DNA of 59,558 nt from a virus (Duplodnaviria; Heunggongvirae; Uroviricota; Caudoviricetes), in the IMG/VR virus record IMGVR_UViG_3300035498_000944; one strand, 5' to 3'. The translations under genes were made by a program, and so were the position numbers. The notes under the pieces were generated by a model. That model was not told where the DNA came from, made no database searches, and saw only the letters and a list, made by a program, of their open reading frames with translations. Below are positions 28,595-38,657 of this stretch, piece after piece (position 1 is the stretch's first letter; each line of letters begins with the position of its first letter).

Positions 28595-30028
28595 TTATAT
28601 TGTTGCTTGCACTGCAGTCTTGAACACACAGTTCCACTTATATACATCTAATAGTGGCGTTATCTCACCAGATGATGAACGCACTTTAGGAATAAAGATA
28701 CGCATCTTCTTTTGAGCAGACATAGCATCTGTCTGTGCCAAGACTATATTATAATCTGTATTACGATAAACTTCGATACCACCAGCAGCACCATCCTGTG
28801 GTGGACATTTATCTTTAGAGACATATTCCATACCTGTTTTGTTTAACTGATTTATAGCAAGTACAGCATATCTCTTGTTCTTAACAAATCTCTTTAATTT
28901 ACGGTAGCCATTAGCAATTATGGTATGTCTATCTGAATAGGGTTCAAACTTTGTTGCTTTATGTTCGAGAAGATACATATGATCAATTATAAATAATTGA
29001 AATGGACCCTTAAAGGAGTTTAAAGTAGATAATACTTTGTCCAAATCATTATCATAGAGCAGATCTTCATAAACATACAACTTACCATATTTACCTGACT
29101 TTAGTAAATCATATTCAACTGTAGCTACTTCTTCCTGTAACTCAGGCGGAACTAGATTACGATAAATTAATTTATCCTCAATATGATGACCGTAAACTTC
29201 GTATAAGTGTCTAGCTATTAGCATAGATTCGATTTCTCTCGTTTGCTGTTCCATAGCACAATAACATACGTTTATACCTGCCAATAAAGCATTGTATGTA
29301 AATATGCCAAGAGCAAATCTCGTTTTACCTACACCAGATGCAGCTTCAAGACCCCACAACTGACCCTCATATAAACCAAGTGTATCAGAGTCAAGTGCCT
29401 CAATCCCAGTCTTAACCAACATACGTGGTATGAAATCTGTGGATGCTCCACTAGCTAATACCTCAATTTTTACAGGGTCATAGATATAGTGTATTCTTTC
29501 TATCTCCGAACTAACAAAGTCTATAGAAGCACGAGGACCTTGCATCTTTTGATAACCAAGGGAAATAATTTGCATACCTTTTGAGTATAAATCATTTGCA
29601 TGTTCTTCTATTTGTTGTTCAAAGAATTGGGAAGCTGCTTCTGGGAAGCTACTAGCTGATACCTGTTCCATAGAATATAGGAGATCAATCTCCACATTCA
29701 AAGCTTCCGTAACAAATATGAATGCTTTTTCCAAATCTACCGGATCTGAGAGATTGAGTGTTTCCATTCCCGGCATTCGCATATTGCTTGATGCAATCTC
29801 TTCTTTTATATACAACTTAGCAAAACTTGGTAAATTTGATTTACTTAATACTAAACCTAATAAAGAAGTTTTAGTAAGTAAAGCAACCATATAATAATTT
29901 ATATCTTTAAATTCTGTTAAAGGAATATTTGATACAAACCATTGGGTGTTAGCAAGATAAGTAGCTCTTTCATCTTTAGAACAGATTTCAGGTGCAATCA
30001 TGTATTTGAATATAGTATGTAATGCCAA
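28595..30028 (-). CDS. dnaB: DnaB-like replicative helicase (SF4)
   Basis: AASGVGKT Walker A, AMEQ, FIIDHMYLL, AINQLN, KVRS arginine finger. Confidence 0.88.
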   Translation of the reverse strand: MALHTIFKYMIAPEICSKDERATYLANTQWFVSNIPLTEFKDINYYMVALLTKTSLLGLVLSKSNLPSFAKLYIKEEIASSNMRMPGMETLNLSDPVDLEKAFIFVTEALNVEIDLLYSMEQVSASSFPEAASQFFEQQIEEHANDLYSKGMQIISLGYQKMQGPRASIDFVSSEIERIHYIYDPVKIEVLASGASTDFIPRMLVKTGIEALDSDTLGLYEGQLWGLEAASGVGKTRFALGIFTYNALLAGINVCYCAMEQQTREIESMLIARHLYEVYGHHIEDKLIYRNLVPPELQEEVATVEYDLLKSGKYGKLYVYEDLLYDNDLDKVLSTLNSFKGPFQLFIIDHMYLLEHKATKFEPYSDRHTIIANGYRKLKRFVKNKRYAVLAINQLNKTGMEYVSKDKCPPQDGAAGGIEVYRNTDYNIVLAQTDAMSAQKKMRIFIPKVRSSSGEITPLLDVYKWNCVFKTAVQATI

Positions 30029-30031
30029 CTC

Positions 30032-30694
30032 TTACACCTCTTTTCTGCAATACTCTCTAACAGAAATAGATGTATAAGTACCATCACCTTTCATCCATTT
30101 AACATGACCCACTTTATCTCTTGCGGTAAAATATTCCCAAGGATAATCCGAAATTATGATTGTTCCTTTACCTCTTCGACCACGTCTATCGATTAATGTT
30201 GCCAAAGTTTCAAAAGTAAGATAGGATGGTCGAACAGGAACCTTAGTGATTAGTACAGGAACGTCATATAAAGAATATGGATTTATCTCATACTTGTCAA
30301 ATCCCGGAATATCTGTAGAGCCCATATCAAGATTTCGTATAATGATTTTGAGCTCATCTATATCCAAATAAGGATATATAGGAATATCTACTGCATGCAA
30401 TTGTTGCAGTATAGAAAAGGTAAAAATAGTTTTACTAGATCCATGTGGAGCATAAAGATAAAAGTTCCTAGTTAATGCCCCAGCATTTAAGATACTATCA
30501 TGAAAACGTGTTAATTCTTTTGGATAATTAAGGGTAACAGGCTTTATTAAAGTACTATCTAAAGTAACTCCTTTAAATGCTTTAGGTACAAAAAGAAGTG
30601 GCTTTTGATCAGCAGTCTGTACTGTTAATCGCTTACAAGAACAAACTAAGCCATCCTTCGTAAATCCAGTATTACCACATTTAGGACATATCAT
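30032..30694 (-). CDS. DnaC/IstB-like helicase loader, degenerate ATPase motifs
   Basis: CPKCGNTG...CSC zinc site; APHGSSKT in place of Walker A; LIDRR and TIIISD motifs; directly upstream of dnaB. Confidence 0.72.
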   Translation of the reverse strand: MICPKCGNTGFTKDGLVCSCKRLTVQTADQKPLLFVPKAFKGVTLDSTLIKPVTLNYPKELTRFHDSILNAGALTRNFYLYAPHGSSKTIFTFSILQQLHAVDIPIYPYLDIDELKIIIRNLDMGSTDIPGFDKYEINPYSLYDVPVLITKVPVRPSYLTFETLATLIDRRGRRGKGTIIISDYPWEYFTARDKVGHVKWMKGDGTYTSISVREYCRKEV

Positions 30695-31025
30695 TCATCT
30701 CCACCACCTTTGCCACAGTATAATTTTTAAGTGAGTACATACGTATTGCTGCATCAGAAATAACATTCTTATACAAAGCTTTTACGCGTTTGAACAACAC
30801 ATTGGATTTGTTAGCTCCTAAGATTTTACAATCATATGTATCAACCATATAATACACATCTGGACAAAGATCTGGTATAATATCATCTGTTGGAAGAGAT
30901 ATAAATATAATAGCTGGATTAATTGCTCTAACATGAAGATGAGCAACTGGATTATTTAAATCAGCAAAATTAATATTATATTTCTTATAATCTGTAGGAT
31001 TCGTACTTATTGTAACGATTGACAT
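30681..31025 (-). CDS. Hypothetical protein
   Basis: 114-aa ORF overlapping its neighbours. Confidence 0.65.
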   Translation of the reverse strand: MSIVTISTNPTDYKKYNINFADLNNPVAHLHVRAINPAIIFISLPTDDIIPDLCPDVYYMVDTYDCKILGANKSNVLFKRVKALYKNVISDAAIRMYSLKNYTVAKVVEMNDMS

Positions 31026-31546
31026 TAAGCTCTACCTCCAAGTACAATATGTTCGGCTAATATAGCTACGCCATCGGAAATTCCGAGGTTATCAAGTACT
31101 GCAATCACGCATACCAAGCGTCTAAGCTCACAGGGCTTAACACTTGAGAAAGCTTTTATTATATCGTCCATAAACTGAACCTTTTGAGATTGCAAAGACT
31201 GCTTAGCAAGAATACGAAAGGAATTCATAATCTCTATTGCAGGTGCTCCCAAATAGTTCAAGGACTTTAAGCTTTGACCAAAGTTAAGGTCATAAGATTC
31301 AATACATACAAGAAGAGCAAAGTTCTTCAAACACTCTATACAAGAACCTAAAAAGTCATCAACTTTGTTATGACCAGTCAAGCTGTATATAGAGGCTCCT
31401 TCTGGTATTGTCTCATATATTTCAGTTTCTATAGCACGTCTAGATAATTTCACTTGCTCCTCTATAGAGGGACAGTTTGAATTAATTTTAAGTAAGGCTT
31501 CAATCTGTGATAAAGAATGATCCATACTAATTGTCTGTCGTATCAT
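31025..31546 (-). CDS. Hypothetical protein
   Basis: 173-aa ORF with GGAGG RBS. Confidence 0.7.
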   Translation of the reverse strand: MIRQTISMDHSLSQIEALLKINSNCPSIEEQVKLSRRAIETEIYETIPEGASIYSLTGHNKVDDFLGSCIECLKNFALLVCIESYDLNFGQSLKSLNYLGAPAIEIMNSFRILAKQSLQSQKVQFMDDIIKAFSSVKPCELRRLVCVIAVLDNLGISDGVAILAEHIVLGGRA

Positions 31547-31563
31547 GATAAAAATACCTCCTT

Positions 31564-31977
31564 CTATTTTACATCATGAGTTCCTGAATAAGCATCGGCT
31601 ACAATACCTCTGAGATAGATAGTTCCATCTGGAATATCTAAAATCTCATCTACATCATCATTATAATAGGTATTGACAAAATAACAAGCAAGACTTATCT
31701 GTAAATTACGTAAACCATCACATATAGCTGTCTTAATACGTTCATCTACAATGCCATTTGGTACTTCCTGTAATGCTGGTATAGCAAACTCCAAAAACTT
31801 GTAATTAAGTTCTACATCCGTTGAATTAAGAGAGTGGATGTAGTCTTTGTGAGACAGTAAAATACTAACGGCTGATTGTATAGAATCCTTAGTAGTTTGA
31901 ACTCTTGAATTATAGTTTATAGATAATAGGCATAGATTTATAGAATCCCAGAGTTCCGCTAATCTCAACATATTCAT
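31564..31977 (-). CDS. Hypothetical protein
   Basis: 137-aa ORF with GGAGG RBS. Confidence 0.7.
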   Translation of the reverse strand: MNMLRLAELWDSINLCLLSINYNSRVQTTKDSIQSAVSILLSHKDYIHSLNSTDVELNYKFLEFAIPALQEVPNGIVDERIKTAICDGLRNLQISLACYFVNTYYNDDVDEILDIPDGTIYLRGIVADAYSGTHDVK

Positions 31978-31995
31978 TCCTCCTATTGAATGTCT

Positions 31996-32520
31996 TTATT
32001 GTATAATACCACATGACTGTGGATCAACAACCAAACCTACTGTGCATATACTTCCATGGAATGACTTTCCAAGAATACTACACTCCCTGGCAATATCCTC
32101 AAGGGATACATTAGCAGGAGATTCTGTGCACAGCAACTTAATATTAGAGCCCTCTTTATAAAATCTGAACACATTGGAATCAGAAGTTTTAAAATTTAAG
32201 GGCACAATACGAACATAAGGCTCGCCCTTTGGATTGTAGCCAAAGAAACCTTTAAGATAAAAGTCATAACTTTGTATCTGATCTTTATTCGTATACAATT
32301 CTGTTTTGTTCTGAATATTAGACAAAACCTTTGAACCATCACTTCTGAGAGTAAATGGCTTCTTTATAAATTGAAGTTTATTTGCGGAGTTGACAAATCC
32401 TATAATGTTTTTATAACGATTATCAGCTGATAATGTTTTGATTACAGCATCGTCATTCCTAGCAACAGAATCAATAGAAATATCTTCCACATACAAACCA
32501 TCACTTCTTAACAGCTTCAT
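31996..32520 (-). CDS. Hypothetical protein
   Basis: 174-aa ORF with ATGA overlap to the upstream gene. Confidence 0.7.
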   Translation of the reverse strand: MKLLRSDGLYVEDISIDSVARNDDAVIKTLSADNRYKNIIGFVNSANKLQFIKKPFTLRSDGSKVLSNIQNKTELYTNKDQIQSYDFYLKGFFGYNPKGEPYVRIVPLNFKTSDSNVFRFYKEGSNIKLLCTESPANVSLEDIARECSILGKSFHGSICTVGLVVDPQSCGIIQ

Positions 32521-33275
32521 GTCGTTGACAACTCCTTTCTTACAGTACCTGACAACTGAATGATAACTGTTACTGATTTAGGATTAATCATAGTAGCCAA
32601 TCTTGTTACAGTTGTTACATACTTATTTAATGGTAATCTTTTTAGACTAGGTGTGATGTAAATAGTCTGTTCATCCTCTTTATAAATTAGCTGATAAACT
32701 GAACCATTAGCACCAAACACAACCTTAGCTTCTGCTGTAGTTATCCTTTCGACTTGACCGCCTTTAATTACAAAACCAAAGATGCCTTGTATATTTACAT
32801 AAGCTGGTGCTTCATCAACTATTCTACCAGTAATAATAGAATCATCATTTTCCTGAATAAAGCACAACTTAGTACCATCTTTAAGGACAAGTCTGTTTTG
32901 TGGGTGAGCTATTGATTTGACAGCATAAACAATTGTATTATCTGGCAATCTTATAGCGATCATAGCAGGCTGGTAAATCAAAGTACCATCAACATAAGCA
33001 AAACCTGAATTGGGTGCAATTAAATGTTGCACTTTTGATCTACTCACATCTAGGAGAGCCACTATTAAATTAGTCTCAAAGAAGTTCCTAGCGGCTTCTA
33101 TAGTTTCTATGTCTTTAGAAGTTATAGTTACATTTACAGCTGTATTATCAACCTCAGTACTCTTATTAATACTATTGTTAATTACTACGGCGGTATCTGT
33201 TAATAACTCTTTACATACAGGTACTAGTCTTACAGCTGTATTGTCTGTCTGCTTGTCAACTTTGTTATTTAACAT
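32517..33275 (-). CDS. Hypothetical protein
   Basis: 252-aa ORF with AAGGAGG RBS; first gene after the long intergenic region. Confidence 0.72.
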   Translation of the reverse strand: MLNNKVDKQTDNTAVRLVPVCKELLTDTAVVINNSINKSTEVDNTAVNVTITSKDIETIEAARNFFETNLIVALLDVSRSKVQHLIAPNSGFAYVDGTLIYQPAMIAIRLPDNTIVYAVKSIAHPQNRLVLKDGTKLCFIQENDDSIITGRIVDEAPAYVNIQGIFGFVIKGGQVERITTAEAKVVFGANGSVYQLIYKEDEQTIYITPSLKRLPLNKYVTTVTRLATMINPKSVTVIIQLSGTVRKELSTT

Positions 33276-33374
33276 TGAGCATACCTCCTTGTATTATTTT
33301 ATTATATAGGTTAGTCTGTAGATTTAGACCATAATTAGTGTTTCGTTGCAATATACGAAAAACGAAGTCACTAA

Positions 33375-33402
33375 GAGAAGATACAACTTAATGTATCTCC
33401 CC
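33375..33402 (-). terminator. 11-bp hairpin (with G-U pairs) with TTAAGT loop
   Basis: Minus strand GGGGAGATACA-TTAAGT-TGTATCTTCTC; the wobble pairs work only on the minus-strand RNA. Confidence 0.65.
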
Positions 33403-33821
33403 AAAAAGTTTTGATTGTGTGTTTCGATTACAAACAATTAAGTTGTAAAATAACACGAAAAATATATAAAATAAGAAATGATTAGATGTAGTAATATGTG
33501 ACATATAAATCTTAGCAATAAATATGCATCACCTTAGCATCTAATTTGAAATCTGGTTTTGCTAAACTTGTATACATATCTGGAAATAAAACCCCATATT
33601 TTATTAGTAATTCTCAGCAACGCCATAACAAATCCAATTGCATAGAAGCAATACTACAAAGCAAAATTGTTTCACGTAAAACTCTAATAAGTAATCTTAC
33701 ACTCTGTCTATAACGTTGTTTTTAAGATCAATAAAATAGCTTCACACAACTCGTCAGCACTACAGCTTATGTACACAACCGAACAAGCAAAACGAAGAAA
33801 AGACTTAACTTAGAAATATGG

Positions 33822-34094
33822 TTAGTTCTCATAATCCGATGGCTTACACAGAAATTTTATTATGACTAAAATAATTGTGGCAAGTAAAGCACCACGCCAG
33901 TCTAATAAGGATTGTACGCCAAGTAAATACATACACAATGAAGCACCTGTCAAAGCAACAGATAATACCAACATTTCGTTTAGATTATTCAAAGGAATTA
34001 AATACATATCTCTTACACTGATTTTTATTATGTAAAAGATAAACTTAATTATCTTTTGAGCGTCAACTTTCACTACCTCTTTCTCCTTTCTCAT
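33822..34094 (-). CDS. Small membrane protein (real start probably GTG at 34073)
   Basis: Two TM-like segments. The ATG at 34094 lies inside the promoter motif, while AAGGAG sits 9 nt before GTG 34073. Confidence 0.62.
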   Translation of the reverse strand: MRKEKEVVKVDAQKIIKFIFYIIKISVRDMYLIPLNNLNEMLVLSVALTGASLCMYLLGVQSLLDWRGALLATIILVIIKFLCKPSDYEN

Positions 34095-34128
34095 TATATA
34101 TGGACCGCTAGTTATTTATTTCTCTGAG
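34091..34128 (-). promoter_or_regulatory. Putative element-specific promoter, copy 2
   Basis: Minus strand CTCAG-AGAAATAAATAACTAGCGG-TCCATATATAATGA. Confidence 0.75.
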
Positions 34129-34136
34129 TTTTCTGA

Positions 34137-34712
34137 CTAACCTTCAACTTTTTTGAAAATATGCTTCTCAACTAGTTTATAGGAGGATAAGACTTGTGTT
34201 ATACTATCTCCGTGAAGAACTGTTCCTTTAGTCTTCAGTTTCCATTTATTGCTCTTTTTATCTCTTATAAAGTATGCAGGAACAACTGCATTGTATTTAG
34301 CATATCTAGATGTTATATTACAGCTATAAATCTGCCATCCATTCTTTGAAATAGAGATGCTTGTATTTGGTACTTTTCCAAAATAGGTGGAACGAATCTC
34401 TCCTTTATGGACATTTACCAAAATTGCAATCTTGTTAAAAGTATCCGGTATTCTAGATAAATCTATATCCATCATTTCATCGTCATCACCAAAACCAGTA
34501 ACATTATCACGATGTATTCGTATAACATTTTGATTAAAATTAGACTTAGATAATTTTATAGCCACAGCATCCATTTCACCTGTATCTGTATTTTCTAGAA
34601 TACAAGATAAATCTAAATCGAAATCGTAAGCATCAGTTTGCTTATTATTTATATTAAAATCCCAAGACAATACAACACGTATCGGGTCTACGGTTTTCTT
34701 ATGAAAAAACAT
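34137..34712 (-). CDS. TerD-family stress protein
   Basis: LSWD...FDLDLSCIL, DNVTGFGDDDE, IDLSRIP, YFGKV, WK. Confidence 0.85.
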   Translation of the reverse strand: MFFHKKTVDPIRVVLSWDFNINNKQTDAYDFDLDLSCILENTDTGEMDAVAIKLSKSNFNQNVIRIHRDNVTGFGDDDEMMDIDLSRIPDTFNKIAILVNVHKGEIRSTYFGKVPNTSISISKNGWQIYSCNITSRYAKYNAVVPAYFIRDKKSNKWKLKTKGTVLHGDSITQVLSSYKLVEKHIFKKVEG

Positions 34713-35140
34713 TAAGTTAAAACTCCCTTCATTTGAGTTATTACACTTATCCTTTTATATAATGAGTTCCTATTAAAAACCCATTCATTCATGACCTCAT
34801 CAAAATAGATTACACCCATCCTAATACAATTGTATCTATTTATATTAATTGGAAAATTGTATTTGGAAATGAATTCCTTTACTTCTAAATCATTAAGTTC
34901 TAAAGTTACATTGTTGTCTGTAGCATATATAGGACTTAAACAACCAAGAACATGAATAACGTCGTTTTGGTCAAGCAAAGGAATATTCACTTGTAAGGAA
35001 TTATCCGTGGTATATATGACAGCCTGATCCACAGAGATGGGATTATTACAGTAATATATTTGTTTCCTTAATTTACTATAAATAGCTAATTGACTATTGC
35101 TTGTCAATTTTATCTTACTCAAACTATTCAATATAACCAT
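34712..35140 (-). CDS. Hypothetical protein, possibly a degenerate TerD-like domain
   Basis: QVNIPLL...MGVIYF...EWVF loosely matches the TerD C-terminal half; adjacent to TerD. Confidence 0.4.
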   Translation of the reverse strand: MVILNSLSKIKLTSNSQLAIYSKLRKQIYYCNNPISVDQAVIYTTDNSLQVNIPLLDQNDVIHVLGCLSPIYATDNNVTLELNDLEVKEFISKYNFPININRYNCIRMGVIYFDEVMNEWVFNRNSLYKRISVITQMKGVLT

Positions 35141-35175
35141 AGGTTGTCACCTCAATATTTAAATTTAAAAAATCT

Positions 35176-35361
35176 TTATCTACGTACATTTGGAGGATTA
35201 CCTCCACCATTACTGCCATTCTTACCATTCTTGTCTAACAACTTCGGTACAAATATAATAGCTATTGCACCTATACCATACACAAGCTTAGAGAAATGGA
35301 AGAATATAAAACATACAGTCCAGATAACAATCAGTATACCTATTGTTCTAGTTCTATGCAT
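35176..35361 (-). CDS. Small two-TM protein
   Basis: 61 aa, AAGGAGG RBS. Confidence 0.6.
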   Translation of the reverse strand: MHRTRTIGILIVIWTVCFIFFHFSKLVYGIGAIAIIFVPKLLDKNGKNGSNGGGNPPNVRR

Positions 35362-35373
35362 TTTGATACCTCC

Positions 35374-35673
35374 TTAATATAACTTCTGCTGATCTTTTGT
35401 CAAGAACCAACATATACCTATAAAACTTGCTATGTCTAACAACCAAGAGTGATTAGAACCACATACAATTCTTAATACAACTATAGCAATCATAGATATA
35501 ATCATATACTTAAGAATAGGAACTTTCTTGTGCACAAAGAAGGTCCAAAATAAGTTTGCAAAAAAGGCAGCCACTAATCTACCCACTATTACTATAATAA
35601 GACCTGCGCCTATTGTGCCAAGGCTCAATGATGAAAGATTAAAAGAAGATCTCAACAACGCCATCATATACAT
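35374..35673 (-). CDS. Small membrane protein
   Basis: 99 aa, three TM-like segments. Confidence 0.65.
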   Translation of the reverse strand: MYMMALLRSSFNLSSLSLGTIGAGLIIVIVGRLVAAFFANLFWTFFVHKKVPILKYMIISMIAIVVLRIVCGSNHSWLLDIASFIGICWFLTKDQQKLY

Positions 35674-35689
35674 ATAATCAACCCCTCTA

Positions 35690-36631
35690 TTAAATAGTTG
35701 ATATTATGCAGTCAAAGACTATAATCTCATCATAATCCTCAGGTGATATAAGTAGTCTAGCATTGGTTACGAGTTTACCACTTGCTACTATTCTTCCATC
35801 TTTATAGAACTGATATTCACTAGGATTGTCTTTGTCTGCCATGCTATTATAAAGATAGTAAAAGTCCCTTGTCAACTCAGAAGTTTTGAATAACTGTTTG
35901 ATCTTACCATTTAACTCAAGAGAGATTTCTGCTGGTTCAGCATATTCGAGTTTAGAAGGCTCCCAATTAACAGGAGCTTTGTACTCAAAATTCTTGTATG
36001 TAATCTTAGAAACAGACAAGTCTGTAGTGTCAAAATCTGATGAATATGTTACGTTATGAATATCTGCTGCTTTGAAGTTAATCTTGCCAGTAAATCTATC
36101 ACGCTTAAGAAGAACACCATTTATCTTTATATCAGAATCTTCTTCAAAATATAATAATGTTTTCTCACTTATAGAGTATACTGTTTCTCCACAACGAACA
36201 TAAGATTTTGCAACTATATCTGGAATAGGTTCAGCTACAATATAACCTTTGGTTACATGAAGTTCAGCATCAGGATAACCAGAGATATCTTTTTCGTCTC
36301 CAATTACAGGTCTTACTGCATAGATATCATCTGATGTATCTTGATTAGTCATCAGATAATATCCACCTGAGAAAAAGGTATATTTACATAGTGTATTAGA
36401 TACATAAATATCCTCAAGTAACTTTTGCTGTTCTTCAGTGTATTCATGCTTTGCACTGACGGGAGCTTCTGTTGTTTCTTCAACCTTTGTAGTTTCTTCA
36501 ACAATATCAGTAGTTACTTCTGTGGATTCTTCTGTAGCTGATCCCGGAAGGTGAATCTTATTTTTAAGATCATCTGCACTACAACCTGTCAAAACAGATA
36601 ATAGCAGTAGACCTACTAAAAATCGTTTCAT
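35690..36631 (-). CDS. Lipoprotein
   Basis: Lipobox LTG-C; Thr/Glu-rich linker. Confidence 0.75.
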   Translation of the reverse strand: MKRFLVGLLLLSVLTGCSADDLKNKIHLPGSATEESTEVTTDIVEETTKVEETTEAPVSAKHEYTEEQQKLLEDIYVSNTLCKYTFFSGGYYLMTNQDTSDDIYAVRPVIGDEKDISGYPDAELHVTKGYIVAEPIPDIVAKSYVRCGETVYSISEKTLLYFEEDSDIKINGVLLKRDRFTGKINFKAADIHNVTYSSDFDTTDLSVSKITYKNFEYKAPVNWEPSKLEYAEPAEISLELNGKIKQLFKTSELTRDFYYLYNSMADKDNPSEYQFYKDGRIVASGKLVTNARLLISPEDYDEIIVFDCIISTI

Positions 36632-37167
36632 TCTGTAGCCTCCTTATTTAAATCTGTTTTACAGTAGAGCTTTAATGTCTGTGGTAATATATACATTCTA
36701 GCCTGTATTCCGTTTCTTAACAGTCTAGCTTTTATCATTTGAGAATTTGATTCTAAAGAATCTATTTGCCAACCAGAGTTTATCATAGAGTATAAAACTG
36801 CTGATGATTCTTCTGGATTAGCATTGTAGTTAAAAACATAATCTTCTGTAATTGACTTTATATCAGTTGGTTTAGCAATATCAGAATTTAAATAATTATC
36901 CGATATTTCTAGTACAGCTTTTGTTGATGTATATGGAACAAACTTTTTAGTATATCCATTATATCGTTCATGAGAGAATCCATTATAGTATGCACTATCA
37001 CACATACCATTGTGATAACTCTCATAAACCAATACATCATCTGACAAATCATTAGTTTTATATAAATACTTACAATCCTGAAAACCAGTTTTATTATAAG
37101 TATATATAAGGAGCACTGAACATGCTACAATAGAAAGTACTAATTGAATATAATGTCTTAACCGCAT
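36628..37167 (-). CDS. Membrane-anchored/secreted hypothetical protein
   Basis: N-terminal hydrophobic helix; overlaps with both neighbours. Confidence 0.65.
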   Translation of the reverse strand: MRLRHYIQLVLSIVACSVLLIYTYNKTGFQDCKYLYKTNDLSDDVLVYESYHNGMCDSAYYNGFSHERYNGYTKKFVPYTSTKAVLEISDNYLNSDIAKPTDIKSITEDYVFNYNANPEESSAVLYSMINSGWQIDSLESNSQMIKARLLRNGIQARMYILPQTLKLYCKTDLNKEATE

Positions 37168-37871
37168 TCTGTCAACTCCCCATCTTTTAAAATATATAAA
37201 CGATTGTTTGGAGTGAAGTAAGCAAAATCAACATCTGTATTATAGAAGTTTCTTACATAAGTATTAAATCGTATTTTGTTTTCTGTAGCATTACGAATAT
37301 AATCAAAATAATCAAGTCTTTCTATATCAATTGTTCTATCTATAGAACCTACCATGTTATTGTCAGTCATATAGTATATAGAAGATTCTGTGAATATAAA
37401 AGGTTTTCCATTTATATCTACAGAGTAGTCATAATCTGATTTGCCAAAGGCATCTGTTAAAGTCTGCAGGTTGGCTCTGAAGTCAGACCATTGAGGGCAT
37501 GGTAAAACTGATTGCTCATAAATCTCTGCTTCCAGAGTGTTATCTTTATCAATTACAGAAATAACTTTATCATTGTCATAATTAAATATAAGATTTCCAA
37601 ATGAGCAACCTAATTGCTGATAGAGTTGTTCTTCTATAGGCAGTAAAGCTATAGTGCCCTCAACTCTGTACTCTTTATAGACATTATCATCAACTACTTC
37701 AAGTTTATGTTCTGAATCTGTATAACGAACATACAAACCATCATCAACATAAAACTTATCTATAGATTCCATAACATCATGCATTTCAACGTCACGATCT
37801 CGTTTAGCACAACCTATTGTAAATATCAAACTTAACAAGATAATACTACCAAATAGTTTCTTTATAACCAC
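37158..37871 (-). CDS. Lipoprotein (start re-set to GTG 37871)
   Basis: AGAGGGG RBS before GTG; KKLFGSIILLSLIFTIG-C lipobox. Confidence 0.65.
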   Translation of the reverse strand: MVIKKLFGSIILLSLIFTIGCAKRDRDVEMHDVMESIDKFYVDDGLYVRYTDSEHKLEVVDDNVYKEYRVEGTIALLPIEEQLYQQLGCSFGNLIFNYDNDKVISVIDKDNTLEAEIYEQSVLPCPQWSDFRANLQTLTDAFGKSDYDYSVDINGKPFIFTESSIYYMTDNNMVGSIDRTIDIERLDYFDYIRNATENKIRFNTYVRNFYNTDVDFAYFTPNNRLYILKDGELTECG

Positions 37872-38262
37872 TGAATTTACCCCTCTTTCTGTAGAGTAAT
37901 TTGTAATCCAAATTACCTTCGTCGTTATAGAATGGAATGCCAACATAATCTTTTGTAGAGATATAATCAGCATTTACAGAATATGCTATATCTGCATATA
38001 ACTCTTCATTAGGAGTCAAATCTGAATTGTATCCAAACCACTCTAATACTTTGAGATTTGTATCCTCATCTGCAAACAATTTATCGTTTAATTTTGCATT
38101 AGAAGGATAATCAATCCAGTTCCAGTATAAATCATTATCAATATATTCTTTAAGATCATCTGCACTATCATTACTCAGTACAAACATAAACACTATTGCT
38201 AATACGAGAACAATAGCGATTACTGATATAATTTCAAATGCATGTTCTTTTAGAATCTTCAT
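37846..38262 (-). CDS. Membrane-anchored hypothetical protein
   Basis: N-terminal TM; 138 aa. Confidence 0.65.
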   Translation of the reverse strand: MKILKEHAFEIISVIAIVLVLAIVFMFVLSNDSADDLKEYIDNDLYWNWIDYPSNAKLNDKLFADEDTNLKVLEWFGYNSDLTPNEELYADIAYSVNADYISTKDYVGIPFYNDEGNLDYKLLYRKRGKFSGYKETIW

Positions 38263-38642
38263 TAGCTAACCCAACTCCTTTCAATGCTTATAATTTTATT
38301 ATCATTTACAATCATTGTGTAAGAATATACATAAGGTTCATCATCAAATGTAACATAGATAGTGGTTGTATTTTGCTCTTCAACAATATCACCTATAGAG
38401 AACGTTCTATCTGCTAAAGCTTCCCATGTCATAAATTCACCACTTGTATTAACGTATGGAAGATACTTTGTTTCTATATCATTGATGACATTATCAGAAA
38501 AATACTCACTCAATCTTTCTCTATCATACTGAGTATAATCTGATGAAATGTACATACTTAGAGCTGCTTTAGTATCTAAAGTTTCCTTTTTAGCACATCC
38601 TGTAAACATAAATAAAATTAAAATAAACATTATAGGTTTCAT
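38262..38642 (-). CDS. Lipoprotein, paralog family L (copy 4)
   Basis: FTG-C lipobox; LSEYFSDNVINDIETKYLP. Confidence 0.78.
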   Translation of the reverse strand: MKPIMFILILFMFTGCAKKETLDTKAALSMYISSDYTQYDRERLSEYFSDNVINDIETKYLPYVNTSGEFMTWEALADRTFSIGDIVEEQNTTTIYVTFDDEPYVYSYTMIVNDNKIISIERSWVS

Positions 38643-38657
38643 TAATTTACTCCCTTC

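Noticed and set aside
33295-33340. Promoter copy at CCTATATAAT upstream of 32517..33275
   Set aside because: Only the -10-like part matches and there is no CTSAG box; it could be a different promoter class.
33403-33821. Hidden small CDS
   Set aside because: The minus-strand frames I read close within about 35 codons and lack an RBS.
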